Part shown: positions 58,975-64,000 of the stretch, one piece after another
Layout of the letters: each line of letters begins with the position of its first letter
Numbering within the stretch: position 1 is the first letter of the stretch
Assembly: GCA_019828565.1 (NCBI GenBank)
Contig: JAHDYR010000006.1
Span: forward strand, 186,001 to 250,000
DNA from: Carpediemonas membranifera BICM
Taxonomy: Eukaryota; Protista; Fornicata
DNA: 64,000 nucleotides
Direction: 5' to 3'
The notes under the pieces: generated by a model
What the model saw: only the letters and a program-made list of their open reading frames with translations
Database searches by the model: none
What the model was told of the DNA's origin: nothing
Position numbers and translations under genes: made by a program

Positions 58975-61900
58975 CTATGGCCCGAGACTGGACACGTGGA
59001 ATGACCGCTGTCGGGTGAACCAGAAGTTGCCGTACTTCCCCTGCCACACCCGTTCAGAGTTGTCATCGACCGCCTCGTCTGAGTCGATGCTATGATCGAC
59101 AAACACATGATCCTGTTCTGACCCCGGTCTGTGCCACCCGGCGGGGCGAGGCACGTCTGCTGTGGGGTAGACGTTGAAGTAGTGGCCGTGGGAGAACCCG
59201 ACGCCCTCGGCGAATGCGATGAAGCGCGAGGAGACGACGCGCTCTGGATGCTCGCAGCGGAGAGCCAAAGTGTCGTCGTCGGTCATCTCGAGGTGGAAGC
59301 GCTCAATAGACCGGTGCACGCTGCTGCTGGCCGAGACACAAGCATACTGGATCAGCTCGAACTGGCCGACGGTCTCTGCTCTGACCCGCCCCGACAGGTA
59401 CAGCTGGATCGCCCAGAGTGCGGGCAGGTTGACGAAGTTCTTGTCCTCGAACATCCCGCGGAGCTCCTCGTGGGTGTACCCCGTCTCGTTCAGGTCGATA
59501 GGGGCGCTGTAGCTCCCCAGCAGTGCCCGGGCGGCGGCGCGGGTCCATTCCCGATTGCGGCTGAAGAGGGTCGGGTCGAGATTGTGGAGGGCGAAGAAGG
59601 CGCAGTCACCCCCACCAGCGTTGTTGCGGTAGCTTGCGTTGCCGAGTGCGAAACCTTGGTGCAACTCCGAGTCGTGCCCTGCGATGACAGGGAAGGGGCT
59701 GGGGTCCAACGGCGGGGCAGGAGGGGGAACTCTCACAGCCGCATCGACCAGGTGCGGGTGCATGCCGTGGGCTCGGCAGAGGAGCCCCTTGGCCACGACT
59801 GTGTCGGGGAAGGCTCGAATGGCATGCATCGCGTTGACTCCGTCGGCTGGGAGGAGCGGGTCGGCCCCGTGGGAGAGCAGCTTTCGGGCAGAGTCCACGT
59901 GGCCGCCCTGGATGGCTGCAACGAGCGCGGTGGTGCCTCGGCTGGTGGCATTGACGTCGACCTTCGCCCTCAGCATCTCGTCCAGTATCGCGGGCTTGGT
60001 GATGACGGCCAGCAGTGGGTGGCCGTCCGGGAAGGCGTCGTCGAGTAGGCACTCGGCCTTGAGCAGAGCAGCGAAGGCATGCGGCTGGTTATGAACGAAC
60101 GCACTATACAGGGGCGACCGGCCCTCCCGGTCGAGGCAGTTGAGGACTACGGGGCCGAACTTGCCACTCCGGAGCAGTTTTCTCGACCTCATCCGACGGA
60201 CATCCCCGCGGACGACGAAGCTGTGCAGGGTGTCGCTTCTCTCCAGTGCCTCCCGGACCCGTCCCCCGAGGAGGGGCATCGGGTCCATGTGAAGCGAGGA
60301 GACCGGACTGAGTCGGGCAAGGTCGGCTTCAAGTAGCCGGGCGCTTTGGTTTGCCTCCAGTGCTTTGGTGGTTGAGGTCGACTTGAACTCGCCTAAGAGG
60401 CGGCGGGCTCGGCGTAGGTTGGCCTCGACATACAGTGCACGCTTCGATTTCAACAACAGGACAGCCTGAGAATCATCAACGGCCTCCTCTTCATCAGATT
60501 CGGTCCCGACTGGGCGCTGGGCCCTTGGACATATAACTAGCGAGCCCGGCTTGATGTCGACTGGGAACTGACCGGGGTTGTCGAGCAGGTAAACGCAGTC
60601 GCCGTGACCATTAGATCGGGCGACGTCGCGGGGCTTGCCACGACGCGGTATGGTGATGTCCGCGCCGGCTCCAATAAGCAGCCTGAGGATGTTGAAATGG
60701 CCCTTCTCTGCCGCGAACAGGGCGGCGGTTGACCCCAACCGACTGCGGGCGTTGACGTCGCACCCGGCCTGCAACAAGAGACGAACGCACGAAGCTCGGC
60801 CTGCCTGGGCGGCGCAATGCAAGGCAGTCTTCCCGGATCTTTCCGGTGCGTCTACTTTTGCGCCGTATTGCAAGAGCAACAGGATGAGGTCGGCGTGACC
60901 AAAATGAGCCGCGTAAGTCAAACATGTGCCGGATTTGGAGCTGTTGTTTGGGTTTGCACCAGCGTCAAGGAGCAACTGGGTTGCTTTAGCGTGGCCGAAC
61001 GCGCAGGAATAGTCGAGGGCGGTCTTGTCGTACGAGTCCACCACGTCAACCAGCGTGGGTTCATTTCTCAGCAACCGTTCTGTGATGGTGGTGAAGCCAT
61101 GCTGGGCAGCAACATGCAGGGCGCTGCGACCGTTGGTAAGAACGTTGGTGGGGTCTGCCCCGCCGACGAGGAGGACTCGCACAACGTCTGAAAACCCTTC
61201 AACCGTCGCAGCGATGAGAGGGGTCCAGCCATCCTTGGCTTGCACATCAGGATCAGAACCGTGGTCGAGGAGGAGCTTGACGCAGTTCGTGTGTCCAAAT
61301 GCGGCTGCGAAGAACAACGCAGACCGGCCATTGCCGTCCACTGTGCCGATTAAAACGGGAGATGTGGCGAGATACTTCAGGTATTCGAAGTTGCCATCTC
61401 GGGCTGCCGCGTGAAACCCATTAAACCCATTAAATCCATCAAAGGACCAGTCCATAAATGAAATAAGTATCGAAAAGGGTGGCATAGATCTCATTTTCTC
61501 CAGAATATCCAACATCTCATCTCTTCCCATCGCTTGGAGCGAGAGATGCCAAAAGAACCAACGCAGATAGCTTCCTGGTGTAATACTTCTAGAGTACGAA
61601 AAATCTCTCGTAAGCTGCATGACACCCGCCGCTGTGGCCTTGAGCATGGCTAAGGATGGCTCGGGCCGGATAGACTGAAACTGGGGTGAGCCCACCTCGA
61701 AGTCGAGCGGGCCGCACTGGTCCGGATGGTCGAGTAGGAAGACGCAACGCTCGTGGCCCTTGGCCTGGGCGATTGCCCTAGGACGTCTCGGCCGACTGAG
61801 TAGGCTCGTTCGACCGGGGATGGCCACGTCCGCGCCTGCTGCGATGAGCATACTGAGGGCCTCGCAATTGCCATTCTCGGCAGCAAATAGTGCAGCAGTG

Positions 61901-64000
61901 CACCCAAGTGTGCTGCGGGCATTGATGTTACAGCCAGCTTTAAGCAGCACGCGGATACAAGAAGTGCGATTACCAGCCGAGGCAGAGTGCAATGCAGTTA
62001 GCCTTGCGGCGCTAAACCGTCCGTTAACGTCAGCGCCGAATTCAAGGAGTAGAAGAATGAGGTCGTCAAATCCATTAAAAGCAGCAGTTGTCAAGGGCGA
62101 GCCATATTCGCAGTTGTAAGCTGTATACGCCCCTCCGTCGAGCAGCACACCGGCAGCGCTGAGGTTCCCCTGGATGCAGGTCATCATGAGGGCCGTGCGG
62201 CAATCTTTGTCACGCAGGTCGAGGGTCGCCCCGGCATCGATGAGCAACTTGAGTATCTCGACGTGGTTATTGGTCGCAGCGGCAATGAGCGGGGTCCAGC
62301 CATTGTTGTCTCGGTGGTCTGGATCAGCACGGTGCTCGAGGAGGAGGCTGACCATGTCAGCGTGGCCTCCGAAGGCGGCACGTAAGAGGGGGGACCAGCT
62401 GTCGTTGTCGGCGATGTCAATCATAGACTTATTGGTGTCCAACAAAAGAGTTGCTATTTCGACAAACCCCTTCTCGGCTGCAATAAACAGTGCGCTGCTG
62501 CCACTCGAGTGGACCTTGGTGCAGTCCGCCCCGGCAGCAAGCAGTGATCTGGTGCACTCGGCGTGACCCCGTAAACACGTCAGCATGAGAGCCGTGAATC
62601 CTTCGTCGTTCTGCAGGTCGAGGGTCGCCCCGGCATCGATGAGCAACTTGAGTATCTCGACGTGGTTATTGGTCGCAGCGGCAATGAGCGGCGTCCGACC
62701 ATTGTTGTTACGCTGGTCGAGGGTCGCCCCGCGCTCGATGAGGAGACGGACGACGTCGTCATGACCCTTGGCTGATGCGGCGAACAGAGGTGACGAGCCA
62801 TCGTTATTGGCGACGTTGATCATGGACTGATTGGCGTCCAGCAGTAGCTTGACGATGCCAGCAAAGCCAAAGTATGCAGCGAGAAACAGAGCACTGGCGC
62901 CCGTGGAAGAAACCTTGGTGCAGTCTGCGCCGGCACTTAGCAGAAAGCCAGCGCTGTCCGCGTGTCCGTTGACGCAGGCTACCATGAGCGCAGTCCTGCC
63001 ATCTTTCTCCTGCAGGTCGAGGGTCGCCCCGGCATCGATGAGCAACTTGAGTATCTCGACGTGGTTATTGGTCGCAGCGGCAATGAGCGGGGTCCAGCCA
63101 TTGTTGTCTCGGTGGTCTGGATCAGCACGGTGCTCGAGGAGGAGGCTGACCATGTCAGCGTGGCCTCCGAAGGCGGCACGTAAGAGGGGGGACCAGCTGT
63201 CGTTGTCGGCGATGTCAATCATAGACTTATTGGTGTCCAACAAAAGAGTTGCTATTTCGACAAACCCCTTCTCGGCTGCAATAAACAGTGCGCTGCTGCC
63301 ACTCGAGTGGACCTTGGTGCAGTCCGCCCCGGCAGCAAGCAGTGATCTGGTGCACTCGGCGTGACCCCGTAAACACGTCAGCATGAGAGCCGTGAATCCT
63401 TCGTCGTTCTGCAGGTCGAGGGTCGCCCCGGCATCGATGAGCAACTTGAGTATCTCGACGTGGTTATTGGTCGCAGCGGCAATGAGCGGCGTCCGACCAT
63501 TGTTGTTACGCTGGTCGAGGGTCGCCCCGCGCTCGATGAGGAGACGGACGACGTCGTCATGACCCTTGGCTGATGCGGCGAACAGAGGTGACGAGCCATC
63601 GTTATTGGCGACGTTGATCATGGACTGATTGGCGTCCAGCAGTAGCTTGACGATGCCAGCAAAGCCAAAGTATGCAGCGAGAAACAGAGCACTGGCGCCC
63701 GTGGAAGAAACCTTGGTGCAGTCTGCGCCGGCACTTAGCAGAAAGCCAGCGCTGTCCGCGTGTCCGTTGACGCAGGCTACCATGAGCGCAGTCCTGCCAT
63801 CTTTCTCCTGCAGGTCGAGGGTCGCCCCGGCATCGATGAGCAACTTGAGTATCTCGACGTGGTTATTGGTCGCAGCGGCAATGAGCGGGGTCCAGCCATT
63901 GTTGTCTCGGTGGTCTGGATCAGCACGGTGCTCGAGGAGGAGGCTGACCATGTCAGCGTGGCCTCCGAAGGCGGCACGTAAGAGGGGGGACCAGCTGTCG
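58975..64000 (-). CDS. Giant ankyrin-repeat protein with C-terminal OTU-like cysteine-protease motif, 5'-partial
   Basis: More than 1650 aa with over 30 ankyrin repeats (G.TPL..AA..G/N...V.LL...GA). The C-terminus has 'NNAGGGDCAFFAL' and 'HGHYFNV'. The frame is open beyond the window end. Confidence 0.88.
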   Translation of the reverse strand, partial: DSWSPLLRAAFGGHADMVSLLLEHRADPDHRDNNGWTPLIAAATNNHVEILKLLIDAGATLDLQEKDGRTALMVACVNGHADSAGFLLSAGADCTKVSSTGASALFLAAYFGFAGIVKLLLDANQSMINVANNDGSSPLFAASAKGHDDVVRLLIERGATLDQRNNNGRTPLIAAATNNHVEILKLLIDAGATLDLQNDEGFTALMLTCLRGHAECTRSLLAAGADCTKVHSSGSSALFIAAEKGFVEIATLLLDTNKSMIDIADNDSWSPLLRAAFGGHADMVSLLLEHRADPDHRDNNGWTPLIAAATNNHVEILKLLIDAGATLDLQEKDGRTALMVACVNGHADSAGFLLSAGADCTKVSSTGASALFLAAYFGFAGIVKLLLDANQSMINVANNDGSSPLFAASAKGHDDVVRLLIERGATLDQRNNNGRTPLIAAATNNHVEILKLLIDAGATLDLQNDEGFTALMLTCLRGHAECTRSLLAAGADCTKVHSSGSSALFIAAEKGFVEIATLLLDTNKSMIDIADNDSWSPLLRAAFGGHADMVSLLLEHRADPDHRDNNGWTPLIAAATNNHVEILKLLIDAGATLDLRDKDCRTALMMTCIQGNLSAAGVLLDGGAYTAYNCEYGSPLTTAAFNGFDDLILLLLEFGADVNGRFSAARLTALHSASAGNRTSCIRVLLKAGCNINARSTLGCTAALFAAENGNCEALSMLIAAGADVAIPGRTSLLSRPRRPRAIAQAKGHERCVFLLDHPDQCGPLDFEVGSPQFQSIRPEPSLAMLKATAAGVMQLTRDFSYSRSITPGSYLRWFFWHLSLQAMGRDEMLDILEKMRSMPPFSILISFMDWSFDGFNGFNGFHAAARDGNFEYLKYLATSPVLIGTVDGNGRSALFFAAAFGHTNCVKLLLDHGSDPDVQAKDGWTPLIAATVEGFSDVVRVLLVGGADPTNVLTNGRSALHVAAQHGFTTITERLLRNEPTLVDVVDSYDKTALDYSCAFGHAKATQLLLDAGANPNNSSKSGTCLTYAAHFGHADLILLLLQYGAKVDAPERSGKTALHCAAQAGRASCVRLLLQAGCDVNARSRLGSTAALFAAEKGHFNILRLLIGAGADITIPRRGKPRDVARSNGHGDCVYLLDNPGQFPVDIKPGSLVICPRAQRPVGTESDEEEAVDDSQAVLLLKSKRALYVEANLRRARRLLGEFKSTSTTKALEANQSARLLEADLARLSPVSSLHMDPMPLLGGRVREALERSDTLHSFVVRGDVRRMRSRKLLRSGKFGPVVLNCLDREGRSPLYSAFVHNQPHAFAALLKAECLLDDAFPDGHPLLAVITKPAILDEMLRAKVDVNATSRGTTALVAAIQGGHVDSARKLLSHGADPLLPADGVNAMHAIRAFPDTVVAKGLLCRAHGMHPHLVDAAVRVPPPAPPLDPSPFPVIAGHDSELHQGFALGNASYRNNAGGGDCAFFALHNLDPTLFSRNREWTRAAARALLGSYSAPIDLNETGYTHEELRGMFEDKNFVNLPALWAIQLYLSGRVRAETVGQFELIQYACVSASSSVHRSIERFHLEMTDDDTLALRCEHPERVVSSRFIAFAEGVGFSHGHYFNVYPTADVPRPAGWHRPGSEQDHVFVDHSIDSDEAVDDNSERVWQGKYGNFWFTRQRSFHVSSLGP
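62214..64000. repeat. Intragenic tandem array, 798-bp unit (two related 399-bp subunits)
   Basis: The anchor gcaggtcgagggtcgccccggcatcgatgagc recurs at 62214, 62613, 63012, 63411 and 63810. Sequence 798 bp apart appears identical. Confidence 0.95.

Noticed and set aside
62214-64000. Regularly spaced repeats considered as a CRISPR-like array
   Set aside because: The units are 399/798 bp, in frame and protein-coding. The intervening sequences are themselves repeated rather than unique spacers.

Overview
Gene-dense, GC-rich eukaryotic DNA with short intergenic spacers and only a few very short (28-35 nt) spliceosomal introns. The style suggests an anaerobic flagellated protist, probably a free-living metamonad/fornicate such as Carpediemonas; this is inference and not provable from the window. 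About 35 protein genes can be supported. Most are housekeeping: UTP18, cytidine deaminase, Nup107-like, two SNAREs, a short pyruvate kinase, Ulp2-like SUMO protease, SAR1, GluRS, LSM7, kinesin, STT3, ZNF207/BuGZ, TrpRS, Nup188-like, RAE1, VPS52, RPL6, PWP2, ARP2, RNase H2A, ALG11, COP-epsilon, methionine gamma-lyase, OCRL and ArfGAP. The main unusual items are: (1) one ORF with two complete, divergent tubulin-type GTPase domains in tandem (14624-17704); (2) a decayed Fanzor/TnpB RNA-guided nuclease remnant with a hairpin right end ending in TTCAA (57909-58646), whose last 31 bp recur with a different flank at 42636-42666; (3) a large ankyrin protein built from nucleotide-identical 798-bp units with a C-terminal OTU-like protease motif; (4) a second dispersed 87-bp repeat and a perfect 23-bp hairpin; (5) an internally deleted ZIP transporter pseudogene; (6) six introns sharing a fixed branch-to-3'-splice-site spacing (TNAC-NY-AG). 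No rRNA, tRNA or CRISPR array was recognised. All family assignments come from motif recognition by eye, not from database searches.
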